DNA from: Haliotis rufescens | Lineage: Eukaryota | NCBI RefSeq assembly: GCF_023055435.1 | Contig: NW_025963802.1 | Span: 28,334,001 to 28,398,000 of the forward strand | Direction of reading: 5' to 3' | DNA length: 64,000 nt | Shown here: piece after piece, positions 1 through 12,194 of the stretch | Position numbering within the stretch: the first letter of the stretch is position 1 | Layout of the letters: each line of letters begins with the position of its first letter | Notes under the pieces: generated by a model | The model's database searches: none | The model's input: the letters and a program-made list of their open reading frames with translations, nothing else | What the model was told of the DNA's origin: nothing | Position numbers and translations under genes: made by a program

Positions 1-969
1 CATGTTTGAACACACTCTTGTTGTGGGACGCACTCAGTGCCAACAAAACTGGATCAGCGATTTCATACATGGACTGGATTAGGGAAGATGCTACAATGAA
101 CAAAAGGATGCTCATCAGAAATGCTCTTTGAAGAGGTCGCAGGTCAAGTAGGTCAGTCTGAATGGCTATTAATAACATTGTGAAGCCCTCTGTCCATCCT
201 CGCATTGCGTCCACATCTTGTGACCATGCCTCAAATCCTTGGAGGTAAAGCTTAGTCAAAGTCAGAATACTGTATGATGCGTAGGTTATTGTTACACATA
301 ATGCAAACAGGCTAATCGGTGTTGCACAACACTCACCAATACTTGCCAAGATAATCACAATCCAACCTTCCTGCATTATAGGATGGTTTTCTGAATATAA
401 ATAAACATATAGTTGTGTGATGAACATGATCAGCCAGAATATCAACAGTTGTATGGGAAGCAGTACAGAATGCCAAAATGTGATGAAAACCGGGAAGACA
501 CCAAACGCACGGAAGGCAAGAACAACATTGTTGATTCCTTCCTTACAGTTATCAATGATATTCCCAAGGTTGTTAAACACATAGAACAGCACAATGAGGG
601 TGGAGAAAATGGATGCAAAGTTATGAACAATGTGTAAATCGTTGAGTGGGAAGCCTAGGGAGCGAGCCAGGACAGGCAGCGTGAAGACGAGCATGAGGAA
701 ACGTGTCCAATCCTTCAGCTCCACTAGGTATGCGATGAGAGCAGCCATGAAGGCCTGGGCAATGAGGTGCAGGATCAACCTCTCCGTGTGCTCCTTGTCA
801 TCAAACAGGTCCGCCCACGTCTGCTCCTTGTTCTCCAGCACCTCTACCTGGACGAAGCTCTGTGACAGGAAGAACGACCCAAGTAGCATCAGTCCGCTCA
901 CCAGGTACACATAGAAGGTCACCAGCTTCTTCAGTGGGAGGGTGCCGATAGCAACAGCAAACAGGAGAG
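1..969 (-). CDS. RNF145: RNF145 (TRC8_N multi-pass ER membrane E3 ligase), large coding exon; gene continues beyond the left edge
   Basis: Acceptor tttcag at 970-975 (minus), phase 1. Hand translation gives ALLFAVAIGTLPLKKLVTFYVYLV...LPVLARSLGFPLNDLHIVHNFASIF...RGWTEGFTMLLIAIQTDLLDLRPLQRAFLMSILLFIVASSLIQSMYEIADPVLLALSASHNKSVFKH. This matches RNF145-type motifs (RGMTEGVTLLILAVQT, RAFLLSIILFIVVASILQSMLEIADPIVLALGAS). Absent from the ORF track, probably because no stop lies in the window. Confidence 0.93.
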
Positions 970-1149
970 CTGAAACAGACAATAACACATACAAAAACTG
1001 GAACCATTTATTAACAAATAGCCATGGAAATACCAGGTATTACTCATTGACAAATATCAAACCATATCTATACATCTACACCAACAAACCCTGCTAATCT
1101 GAATAAAACCATTCCTGACTAACACAGCAACAAAGATTAAAATATCACA

Positions 1150-1643
1150 AAAAGAACGGAACAAATGTGTTGAGTCCCAATACTATCAACACATATACCA
1201 AATTTCACTACTTTTCTGGGCCGGGTAACGGTCATAAGAAGTTTCAGCTTTCAGTAAGGTCGAAGTGCAAAGGTCAAATCAAGGTCAAAATCTAAAACAT
1301 TGCAAAACAACAGAACATGTAAGTTACGGCCCACTACTAACAACACATGTACCACATTTCAGTATATTTGGAAGACGAAAGGCTAAGTAATGGCCATAAT
1401 AGGTTTTTTTCAAAATGGCTGATGTGGAGGGAACAAGTATGTGAAGTTTCAGCTTATTAGTTCAGTGTTTTCTGAGAAGAACATGTTTACAATGTACGAT
1501 GGGTGATGTGGAGGGAACAAGTACGTGAAGTTTCAGCTTATTAGTTCAGTGTTTTCTGGGAAGAACATGTTTACAATGTACGATGGGTGATGGACCAGAA
1601 GGCCACGACATGGTCACTTGACTTTCAGTCAGGCGAGCTAAAA
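1150..1643 (-). mobile_element. Degenerate Helentron-associated (HINE/DINE-like) element with an internal 84-bp tandem duplication (1421-1588)
   Basis: Terminal tttagctcgcctgactgaaagtcaagtga hairpin-type end, TTGACCTT motifs, two 84-bp copies. Confidence 0.5.
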
Positions 1644-1840
1644 CTATCCAACAGTAATCACTATGGTTTTTTGTGTGAACAGACTTCCACTGCATCCAGT
1701 AGTGTGTTCCCATCATGGTGTTCTGAGGAAACCTCTGACACGTCTACCGACTAATTTACTTCCCATCCATCAATATTTGGTTGAAATATTCAAAACTATT
1801 TACAGAACATAAGCTAATTTCATCAATAGAAACTAACTGT

Positions 1841-1970
1841 TTTAGTCCACCAGTCCCGATAACGATAACACATAGCAAAACCCTTAAAAATGGCAAATTT
1901 CTACTAGTCCTTATGATGCCTTAACTATTGGGCAGTTTGGCAAGGACTACAGGACAACTACCAATTTCTA
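1841..1970 (+). repeat. Dispersed ~130-bp repeat, copy 1 (others at 34357-34500 minus and 61117-61243 plus)
   Basis: Shared ggcaaatttctactagtccttatgat..ccttaactattgggcagtttggcaaggactacaggac in introns of three different genes. Confidence 0.75.
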
Positions 1971-2758
1971 ATGCAGTGCTTTAATAACTTATATAAAATA
2001 TTATAATAACAAGTAAAAGAATCATTTCACTGAAAATTACTTCGGCATCTCTTGCTTTTGCACAGACATGACAAATATCAAAATGTCTCTTTGAAAGTTA
2101 TTTTTTTGCAAAAGATTTTTATTTCTAACACATTCTGATGTTTTTAAAAATGATGTCATTTAAGACAATAATGAAATCATATTAACAAGTACCATCTTTT
2201 AACATCTTTGATCAAACCACCAATCTTCCGCTCTCTCTACACATGCTCCATCCACTTGACCAAGGCATGGAGGTGCTCCCAAGTACATTTCTATGATATT
2301 AATTATGATAGTGATATCCTTAAGTTATATTTCATATTTTAGGAGGTCCTAACATTCACAAATGTGAAAAAAATAAAAAATAATTTAGTACCATTTTTTC
2401 TTCAAGTTAAACTCAAAATTAAAGTCACACTCAACATGATCTGAGCTTGTATCTTTTATTATTTTTTGTCCTCAAAGCTTTATGAAATCACATAAAATCA
2501 TGTTTATGTCATCTTGTTTTCAAGTTGACTGTCCACTCTGGTTTTGTCAAAAATATAATAAACAAAGTTATCCAAATACTTTCCACAAATATGGTTATAT
2601 CCCCTACTGTAAACAAGATAGAACAATCAAAAACACAGAAACGTCAGTCTGGAATATATGGTCTTTGTCTCAGAAGGACAGCCCATTCAGAATTCACTGG
2701 TCTACAAGGAATGTGGTGGTGGTGTAGCAAAATAAGAAGCAACGCCATTTTCCCCTAC

Positions 2759-2939
2759 CCATGTAATAGACAACTTTGATGATGATCTCGACATCCTTGG
2801 TCTGCACCTGGACCGTCTTGAGAGGGTCAGTGCGGTACCACACCTCCATAACAAAGAGGGCGGGGACCCGAAGTATGACCCCCACACCAGACTCCAGTGC
2901 CTCACGGGATATCTTGAACATGTTGAACAACTGCACCAT
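2759..2939 (-). CDS. RNF145: RNF145 first coding exon (exon begins at 3002 with 5'UTR; ATG at 2939)
   Basis: MVQLFNMFKISREALESGVGVILRVPALFVMEVWYRTDP...VVYYM carries the TRC8_N 'LRVP' motif. Donor G|gtaggg at 2758 is phase 1 and in frame with exon 1..969. Acceptor ttttcag at 3003-3009; in-frame TAG upstream of the ATG. Confidence 0.88.
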
Positions 2940-4464
2940 TGTCACCGGTCTGTACCAGCGCTATACCACTACTGTCACGTGTATGAGGCCATTTTCTTTA
3001 TTCTGAAAATGAAACAAGACATAATATTATTGGAAAGAAAATGACAATGTTAATCTCTGAAACTTGTGTCCAGGCTAATCCAATCAGTGCTTTTCATAGC
3101 AAAGACATTATAACTATTTATATAGATATATCTCTCTTACATTAACAGTACATGTTCAGTATACCATACTTCAATTACCGGTACATGTTTTAGAAATCTT
3201 CTATTTACATACCGGTAAATGATATAACAACTGGAATATAACTAAACTAAAAACCACGAGACACAGTAGCTTACCCAAGCTTTTTCTGGAATATAATATT
3301 AGATATAAGAAAGGACTAGCGAGAGTAAACAATAATTCATTATTGATTGGCATAATTTATTATTTTAAATGGCTGAATATACAGCAATAACAACATGTTC
3401 AATATGTCTGTGGATCAGAATTCTGTGAGCAATTTTAAGAAACATCATTCTGAGACATTCAGTTCAGGAAAACATTTCAGTAATGGATGATCATATGGGG
3501 TGGGGGAGGCCCATTACCTTTACCATTACCTGTTTACCCCCTAAAATTGGAAATACTGGGTCAGTGGTCACCCACAGGTGAGTTTGTCACTAACCCATGT
3601 CACACATACTTACCATGAGAGTAGCCTAGTGAAACATATGAATGATGGTACTGAACCTAAAGTAATCATGATGTAGCTTTAACCCGGTATATAATAAGTA
3701 AACATTTCTACCTTAACTTAGAACTATATAGTTTCATCTCCAATCTTAGCAATTAAACATTTACTAACTCAGTAATTACGTAGACATGACATGTTTATCC
3801 TGGCAAGCTACTTGTAATCGTCCTTATCATGGACCATAACCTTGTGACTGGTTCTGACCAGCTCACACAATCACAGATAGGCTAGGGTAAATCTAGGTGA
3901 CTCAGTTCTGCGCAATCATTCTTTTGATTTTTATGCAAGTATTTAATATGAGGAAACACATCACAAATATCACGCTGTCCTTTCGAAATGCCTAAATACA
4001 TCAGTTATTAAGTAGGTAAGTACCAACATGGCAGTCTGCTAGGTTCTATCACAAAATGAATCAATGAATACAAGAGAATCAATGAAAGTACCAACGATGG
4101 TCCAGTTTTTTGCTTATATTCTGACTATTTTTCCTTGCTCTTAGTAGAGAATGAGGTATTGTTCTGAAGATCTTTGAGTAATGTTTGCACACAGAAAACT
4201 GTGAGGTTCTTACAAAAATAATTTAATGAGGTTGTGTTTGGGCTTTTAAAAATAGAGCCAACAGCAAATTAGGGTTTACTTCAAAGTAAAAAGTGTATTG
4301 AAGAAATATTTCACCATTAGCACAGATATGCATATGGAAACCATGTAAGGGATAGAATAATAATCAAATGTGTGATCTATCTTACGCACTTTACACACAG
4401 GTTCAACATAGTCATTGTGACACCACTTGCCCTTTGCACCTTTAGAATACAGTACCACAACTTC

Positions 4465-4592
4465 TCGTGAGGACGGTCTCTGCCGTAGGTCACATGTCTC
4501 AAAGACAAGCAACCAGTTTTTGTGAGAATCCATCGGACGCGAACTCGCGACCTTCGGATTGTTAGCCCGACAGCCAACCGAATGAGCTACTT
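4465..4592 (-). mobile_element. Degenerate tRNA-derived SINE fragment (related fragment ~43950-44020)
   Basis: Minus strand gtagctcattcggttgg...aggtcgcgagttcgcgtcc resembles Pol III A/B boxes; the body recurs at 43950. Confidence 0.45.
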
Positions 4593-5978
4593 ACACACTG
4601 TGAAACAAAGTGCAAATTTACCTAGTCATGCCTACGACATTAAGGAACTGAACGAAAAGGGTCGAATAGGTGACAGACCCTTACGAAGGTTACGGGTAGG
4701 CATGGTGTCTCGTGACTTTAGTCTATCGACACTTACGAATGATCCCGATGCCATTTGGCACACTCGTCCCATTCCGTATTCTACAAGATACCGAGTGGCG
4801 AGGAATGATCCGATATGGCGCGAACTGAAACGGCTCAAGGCGTCAGGCGTCAGACGTCGAACTCGCAAGTACGCATGAATGACGTGTTATTTGATCATTC
4901 TTCGGGTGGATTTTGTGACAGAAAAGTTTGGTAGGGAACACTGTAAGGATGATGTGGATAATAGTAAGGAACGAGGGAGGCATGTGCATGGCTAGTGACG
5001 ACACAAAAGTGAGTTCGCTTTTGAATCAGTACTGAAAAAATGTAGCCGGTGAAAGTGGCTTGTGTGAATGTTCCAGGACAGTTTCCAGTAGCCAAAGTAT
5101 TCGACACAAAACCATTTCATTCTTTTTACTCGATGTTTTTGTGTGAAGAATATTAGGAGAAACTAAAGCGGTAGATTTACCAAACCCCAATGATCGTGAA
5201 GGGATGATTGATCGTAAAGGGGATCCAAGGGCTAAGGATAGAGAGTTCGGGATAGCCTACCCTAACACTGGCGATATTTGGATGTGTTCAGCACCAATAT
5301 AATATCCCTAATAAACTACATTCTTGTGCATAATAATGAAAATAAATGCACCGAAAAAATAATACATGTATATAAGTTCCCATTTATAACCCTTTTAGCC
5401 ACTTGAGTTACGAGAAAAACGAACTAAAAAATATATAAAAAATAAAAGTGCTTTCGTAAACTAGTGCTTGCTATAAAATGCGCCGCCGCAGGCTATATTC
5501 AGTAAACAAATATTCAAAACTCTCCACAGCACTTGGCGTATTCAATGACATTTCGTGTAGAGATGATAGATCACTGAGAGGAGCTTATGCACACTCGATG
5601 ACCCCTGACGTCACAGGGCATTATTACGCCGGTGTGACTGGCAACAAAATACTACAAATTACGTCATAGGGTATTGTCACGTGTTTGAAAAGTTTGTGGT
5701 ACTGTATTCTAAAGGTAGGCCACAAAAAGATGCTGACCATTCCAACAACTATCAAATCTGTATCAAGTTTTAGTCTCCTGCTTTCTTCACCAATCTTTAC
5801 TCTTAATCAGTATTTGAGGAGCTTAAAATAGTATGGAGTCTGCTTCAGTGCATTTGAAGAAGTAGATTAAGTCAAGACCTGTAAATGTAGCAAGATCATT
5901 TCATTTTATAGGTGACCACTTACTAATCGGTTTGTTGGCATACAAGTGTCCACTAGCCTTGTGAAAACTAGACTTTGA

Positions 5979-6108
5979 TCACACGCCCCTGAAGCAGGAT
6001 AATGATAATACGGAAATACGGGACCTATATAATTATATATCAATACATATGGGTGTCCTGTTTTCATTAATATCACCAACATCAATATCCTGCTTCAGGG
6101 GCATGTGA
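5979..6108. mobile_element. Small MITE-like inverted-repeat element
   Basis: TCACACGCCCCTGAAGCAGGATA ... TATCCTGCTTCAGGGGCATGTGA (23-bp inverted repeat, 1 mismatch). Confidence 0.6.
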
Positions 6109-6191
6109 CTAGATCTAGTGGAAAAGTTCGGCTCTGAGTGACGGTAGACATATGGACAAACTACTACACAAAGGTGTTCCGTTGAACTTAC

Positions 6192-6335
6192 ATTGGATAA
6201 AGCAAGTTCTTCTGTTATCAATCCACTTTCTCACAACAGTTGTCACAGGTGCACTTGCTTTCTGACGTCACCATCTTATGTGTATGATGTTTCCTCGGAA
6301 GAGTCGCTTCCACTGTCAGAATGACCGGAAGTCCG
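6192..6335 (-). other. Putative non-coding first exon / TSS region of RNF145
   Basis: ETS-type ACTTCCGG motif at ~6325-6332 (minus), followed by ~140 nt and a consensus donor AAT|gtaagt at 6191; contains TGACGTCA. No transcript evidence available. Confidence 0.5.
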
Positions 6336-6795
6336 TGTACCATCACATACTGTCAAGGACAACTATCCTCAAATACATTATTTATGACAAGTCTTCTGTT
6401 GAATCGAATGCAATAACAAGACAATATTGAGTATCCAAGTATGAAAACTTAATAGGAGATATTGAAAGGCCAGGCCATAGTTTGTTTCAATGTGTAGATT
6501 CTGTTAATATTTTTAATAAATATATATGACCGTCATGGAGGACGTAATTTGTCCGTTTATGCTAATTTAATAATTATATTTTAGTATCAGTTATAACTGC
6601 CTATAAACCTACTCAGTTTGATGTTAGTAAAATACATTATGATCGTATTTTACAAACATTAAACTACATCTAGGACATCCTTAGACAGGTTTAATAGACT
6701 CGATACAACTGGCTGTTGAAACCAGAATCCATGCAGACGATTTTGGTGGAACTTGGCCTTGAATTGTTTGATAGGCTTTACTTAGAAGTTGACGA

Positions 6796-7300
6796 GGGTT
6801 ATAGCGAAAACGTCACCTCAGCAAAACGTCACCGGGCAAGGAACAAGCAGTTGAAAACATCTACAAATCGGGCGCCAGTATCACCAGTATCAACCCTCAT
6901 TCGCATGGCGAACTGAACCCGGGAACTGTTGCGCCCCAAAGAGCCTTCGAGGTACTACTTATAATAAAATAAACTACATAATGCTATTGTATAAATTCTC
7001 AGAATAACCGCAATTTTGTAACAGAACGAATATTGTATTTTAACTTTTATTCATATTTTCAGATTGCCGAGGACTTCTTACCTGTCCGTGTAAATACATC
7101 ACATACATCCAATAACATGTAAATACATCAAATACCATGTAAATAAACCATATATATTACTACAAAAATCGTTCCTCCATTATTAAAAATAGAGGTGCCG
7201 TTTTCGCCCGACACATAGTAGCCGTTTTTGCAAAATGCGTTGCCGTTTTCGCTAGAGAAATCGGTGACGTTTTGCTGAGGTGCCGTTTTATCCTGCACCC
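6796..7300. mobile_element. MITE (Mutator-like?) with GGGT...ACCC ends
   Basis: Inverted repeat aaaacgtcacctcagcaaaacgtcaccg / cggtgacgttttgctgaggtgccgtttt, internal GCCGTTTT arrays, flanked by near-identical gttgacga / gttgacgg. Confidence 0.6.
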
Positions 7301-7766
7301 GTTGACGGATGACAAAGTACACACAATTTATGGATAATAACTTCTTTATTTGCTGTAAAGGTGACGTTTCGGTATAGATCCTTATACCGTTGCCAGCCCT
7401 GCTTGACAAGGGTATATGTCGTGTAGACACATGACTCTAGCTGGACTCCAGGTATGACGCAACCCCTGTCTATGTGCTATATTAGTAGTCTTGCCTTGGT
7501 GAGCTTAAAACAAAATCAGACAATTGTAAAATGTTTAAAATCTAAAAGGAACCCAATAAACCATAGTGTCATGGTGCTTCACAAACGAACCCCTCTGTCA
7601 GTATTGGATGGTCTTACTCTTGTCAACATAAACAACAAAATGACAAATTAAGTTTCTAAATCTCACATGGAACAATTACAGTATCTGGTTATTATTTGCG
7701 CCAAGTCATATCTTAAAATGCTTCTGTCAACCACGTAAAATGGACGTTTAGTCAGTCGGAGTCATC

Positions 7767-8304
7767 TTCCCGAGGCAAGAGAGTTAACTGACTTTAAAAG
7801 TCCAGTTTCCACCATTGCCGAACTATGCTGGAATTACTGGGCTCGATCGTAGCTCCACCATGGCTATTACGAGTTATGTCCCTTCTAAGCCTCTCCTATG
7901 GACCAATCAGATTCCACCTCTCGTATTCACATGCATTTGCTTCAAACAAAATGGCGGCGCCCAGTCAAGAAGATCTGGTCGATAATCAAGATCTACATTG
8001 TGATAAAACAGGTCTTATATCGCGAAGTGCATCAAATTACAGGAGCATCTTGAATAAAAACATGAAGAGATTTTGAAAATATCTGTTGACAACGAGTTGG
8101 CGGTGCACATGCTTTGCAAATCCTGCAATCGACCACAATCTGCATGACAGTTTACGAACCGGATTTCGATTTCATTGCGCGATTTTGATTTGACTATGCA
8201 TAGACTCGTTAGTCCAGCCAAAATGCAACTCCATAATACCAGCCTAGTTCGGCAAGGGTGGAAACTGGACTTTTATAGTCAGTTAACTCCCTTGCCCCGG
8301 GGAA
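7767..8304. mobile_element. MITE with ~75-bp terminal inverted repeats
   Basis: ggcaagagagttaactgactttaaaagtccagtttccaccattgccgaacta... is mirrored at 8235-8304. Confidence 0.7.
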
Positions 8305-9169
8305 ATGGTCGGAGTCGGCCATGTTCGCGTTTGGCGGGAATAACAAATAAAGTATATTTGTATTGCAACGTTCAAAGTTATATACCGACAGTCAAATATT
8401 TTCTCTGTTTCGTTTGATAATTTAAGTTAATAAAGAATATTCGAATGAAAAATATTTTAAAATGCTTTTACGGGCTGTTTTTATCGCTTGGTGTCAATTC
8501 AAGAAAACATTTCGTTGTACTCAGTTCTTGCTGGTTCACGGTCTAGATATAAGCGCTTGTCAGAAAACAACATACATTCTTAAAGAGAGAAGCGGTGTCG
8601 GACCATTTGACAGCGTTGAAGTCACTCAGGCATGAAACAACTTGTTTGTTTGACAAAACGTATACTTGGCAAAACGTCTACACTGATGATACTTGATTAA
8701 TGGTGCACGTACTGGACCATGCACTTTGTTGGTTTAGTGTGTAAAAGATGTTGGGAATACCGCTCAGGACGGGCAGTAAACCCGCTTGGCCCAGATTGAA
8801 AATGTATAGCATAATTGGACCTCTTAAAAAAATGTACCTTTAATTTATCTGCATTCGTATATAATCCATTATAAAAAGAGGCAAGGATGTTTGTCTATTT
8901 GTTTCGAAACGTCTGTATCTTTTTCAGATTTATTTGTTTTCAGGAATTTTCGTACCTGGCATTACGTAAGCCATTGCTCATAGTGCCATGTAAAAACGTC
9001 CAAGAAACCTTTAAAAACAACTTTATAAAAAATAAGTGATCCGTCTACTGTATTTTCTATTCGGTTTATCAGAAAAGAGTATTAGGCTACCTCGTCTTTT
9101 AAAATAGTTATCCAACAGGTGCCGGCAGTGGTATGTCATGATAGAAATAGTTGTAAGGATAAACTTATC

Positions 9170-9190
9170 TGTGTACCGGAAGTGAAATAA
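9170..9190 (+). promoter_or_regulatory. ETS/GABP-type CCGGAAGTG motif near the putative RNF139 TSS
   Basis: ACCGGAAGTG ~140 nt upstream of the RNF139 ATG, typical of housekeeping core promoters. Confidence 0.4.
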
Positions 9191-9318
9191 CCGCTGCGAG
9201 CTGTGGCTGCGTACTTTCCAAGTTGCGAGGAAACTTTTCCCCAGTTTCTGAGCAACTAGAGATATTTAAGTCTTGAAAAGAGAAAAGAGAGGGGCAAATA
9301 CCTCCCCTTAGATGAAAA

Positions 9319-9487
9319 ATGACATGGCGATCCCGAGTAGAAAGGGTACTAGATGTGGCTCTACGCGTCCCTTCCCTGTTCGTCATGGACAGTATTTTTC
9401 TGGGGAACTTCCTGAACCTGTTCATCACTTACGATCCAGAAATGGCATGGAGAAGCTATATGATGTGGTTATTCGGAATGGTCACAT
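9319..9487 (+). CDS. RNF139: RNF139/TRC8 coding exon 1
   Basis: MTWRSRVERVLDVALRVPSLFVMDSIF... resembles the TRC8 N-terminus (LEVALRVPCLYIIDAIF). Donor T|gtatgt at 9488, phase 1, in frame with the exon at 15722. Confidence 0.88.
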
Positions 9488-11699
9488 GTATGTATTTTGC
9501 CTCAAATGCGTAAATCATCACTTTCTGATTTCAGTATGTCAGTAGTCATTCAACACTTTATGTAAGCCTTGTTTTTAAATATTCATGTTAAAAGTAATAT
9601 TAGAAAGGAAAGTAGGCCTAGCCTAAGCAATCTACTTGGAACCAATGCTATATGGAATTTATGATGCAATATGAAGTCTTCAATATTTATGATTTTGTTT
9701 GAATGTTATTGAGAAAGTATGTTACAATATTCTTATAGGTCTACTGTAGCAATGTTTCACAAATGATAATGTGAAAAGCCCATTTCTGAAGCGCAAGTAA
9801 ACTCAAACATTGCAACTTTGCCGAAATTAATACGTTAGGGTATACTTAATTGCAAAGGCTTGACTAAAATTAAATTTGAAAAAAAAACCCCTGAAAAATA
9901 GCATTAACCACCTGGATGCCACAGGGACATATATATATCCTTCCTCTACAACCCTCACTTTGAAGTCGAATCAAATTCAAAATACATCACCCACACAAAT
10001 ACACTTCACAGTTTTGAATAAGGTGGGAAATTCCCTGTTATGTGATATTATCCACTGGCATTTTAGGCCACGCAAAAGTACTGAAAATGACCTCTGAAAA
10101 TTAGGTACATCGTAAATGTCGCCATTTTTTACACATTACTAAATCACCACTCACAGCGTTATTTACATCATGTTTTGAAACCTGAACGTCGTATATTCCC
10201 ATGGAGAAATGAATTTAAAAAAATAGCATATTAGTGATCACGGGTATCTGTCTTTTATCAAATCACCAATGATCATTCCAAAACGTCTTCGGTGACCCTA
10301 GAATAGTTTCGAATGTTTTGGAAAATACACGAATGCCGAAGTGAACTTTCTGCCATATTGGATAGTGTTTACTAAATCATGTTTCAGGTACACCGGTTAT
10401 TAGACGCCTGTAACATCACGTATATTTCAAACTTAGCTGCCACAGATCTAGATACATCCTTGAATTCCTCATACATTTTAGAATCAAATGACCAATGGTC
10501 TTTGTCACCAATACAAAGTGGCTAGATGAAATCAAGAAAAATAAGTTAGGTGTGAAAACGAATACTGTGCTAAAAAAACTGCACTTATTTGAAATGTAAA
10601 CAAAGCAAAATTCAGATTTTACAGTGTAGCATTTTCACCTATTTTGAGCTTTCCATTTGTCTATTCGTTCAAGATATTGGCTCAACATTTTCAGAATATG
10701 CATGGGAAGAGAATTGAAGGAAGAATTAGGGAATTTAAAATAGTTGCATTGCCATGATTTGATATTTTCAACAGAAATTGTCAAAGTTAGTGTCCTGTGT
10801 GACGCCATGACTGACGCAAAATCACGCACAACAATATTTATCGGATTCTGACTATTTCCGTTGGTTTCAATGAAAATTATAACAAATAACAGTACATAGA
10901 TTGTCAGAATGTTTCTGTTTACTACATGTCACATTTTTGTATATACGATCCCTGAATCAACGAAAGTCCCCTCTTAAAATCCGGCGTACTGATGACAGTG
11001 AACACACCATTTTGTAAAAGTCGGTCACCAGTAGTGATGTCATACGTCAACATTGTTGTACATATTTGGTAATTTCTTTGAGGTGAAGGTCCTTGAATGA
11101 GAGTGCACATGATCATTGTATCATGCTGTTTACAGTTTCAGTCATGATGTAGATTTTACATATCTTTTATACATTTTTTCACACAATTATTTTCACTTTG
11201 GATATTTGTCAATGTTCAAAATGGTATCATACGTAAATATAGGCAACAAAATGTATGAACGAACCTTTGATAATCTCCTGTTTGTTTGAACATTGTTAAC
11301 AAAACAATTGATAGGTTTATAGTGTCGAAATAGTGTTGTTTGAAATATTCATTTGGGTATGTCATTACGTAAACTGATGCCAAACAGGTGCGTGTCTTGT
11401 CCAATTAAGATACACAATAAACTATCTAATTGTTTACATATTGAAGACATTATTTAGTGAATTTTATGTTGTGTCGAAAAAGCGTAAAATTCCGTTTTAC
11501 ACATCAAGATTTTCCATACCATGAACGAAAATTAGGGGAGATATATAATAATCAAAATACCAGTGTCGTCTTTCTCCAACGTTATCAAAGACATAAAACC
11601 AGCCATGACGTCAAAAGGAATGGTGTTATTTTTGGGGTATTTCATTACATTTGATGAAAAGTCTGGTGCTCCATTAATAATGGTGCAACATTAGTCAAA

Positions 11700-12194
11700 C
11701 AATCTCATTAAAATCAGACCTTAATCCTCGCTACCGATAAACAAAGATCTGAAGACATCCCATTAGGGGTCATGTCAGAACGACCTTTCATCTGACCAAT
11801 CAGAGCATCGCTTACCAGATCATGAAAGTGACAGTCGGAATGTGATTTCTAATCATACAACCTCGAAAACTTTAATAACACGGGGTATTCATTCGGGGCA
11901 TAGTTACAGTTTTAACGACTGAATCCATACAATCTAGACCATATATTAGCCATTCCAGAATGTTCTTTTCTTTAGGTTTCAAATTTGTAATCAAGAATTT
12001 GTCAAGATATGTTTCGAAGCGTAGTCGCCAATTTGAAATTAGTGCCGTAAATCACGAGAAAGCTGCCTTCTGATTGGTCATTCCATTGGTCGGTCAAAGT
12101 TTGCGCAAGGTCTGTCTGACGTGACCCGTAATGGGATGTCCTCAGATCTTTGTTTTGCGGTAGCGAGAACTAAGATCTGATTTAAATGAGATTG
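11700..12194. mobile_element. Non-autonomous DNA transposon in the RNF139 intron, ~90-bp TIRs and 9-bp TSD (Mutator-like)
   Basis: Ends CAATCTCATT...AATGAGATTG; perfect TSD TTAGTCAAA at 11691-11699 and 12195-12203. Confidence 0.85.

Noticed and set aside
7071-7090. Strong minus-strand donor CAG|gtaag as RNF145 exon 1
   Set aside because: Inside a MITE in AT-rich sequence; the 6192 donor with an adjacent ETS motif is the better candidate, though neither is proven.
7900-7965. CCAAT plus YY1-like motif as a gene start
   Set aside because: Lies inside a MITE with long TIRs; no spliceable coding continuation seen.
6335-9170. Sterol regulatory elements between the two ligase genes
   Set aside because: No convincing ATCACCCCAC-type site found by eye; a PWM scan would be needed.
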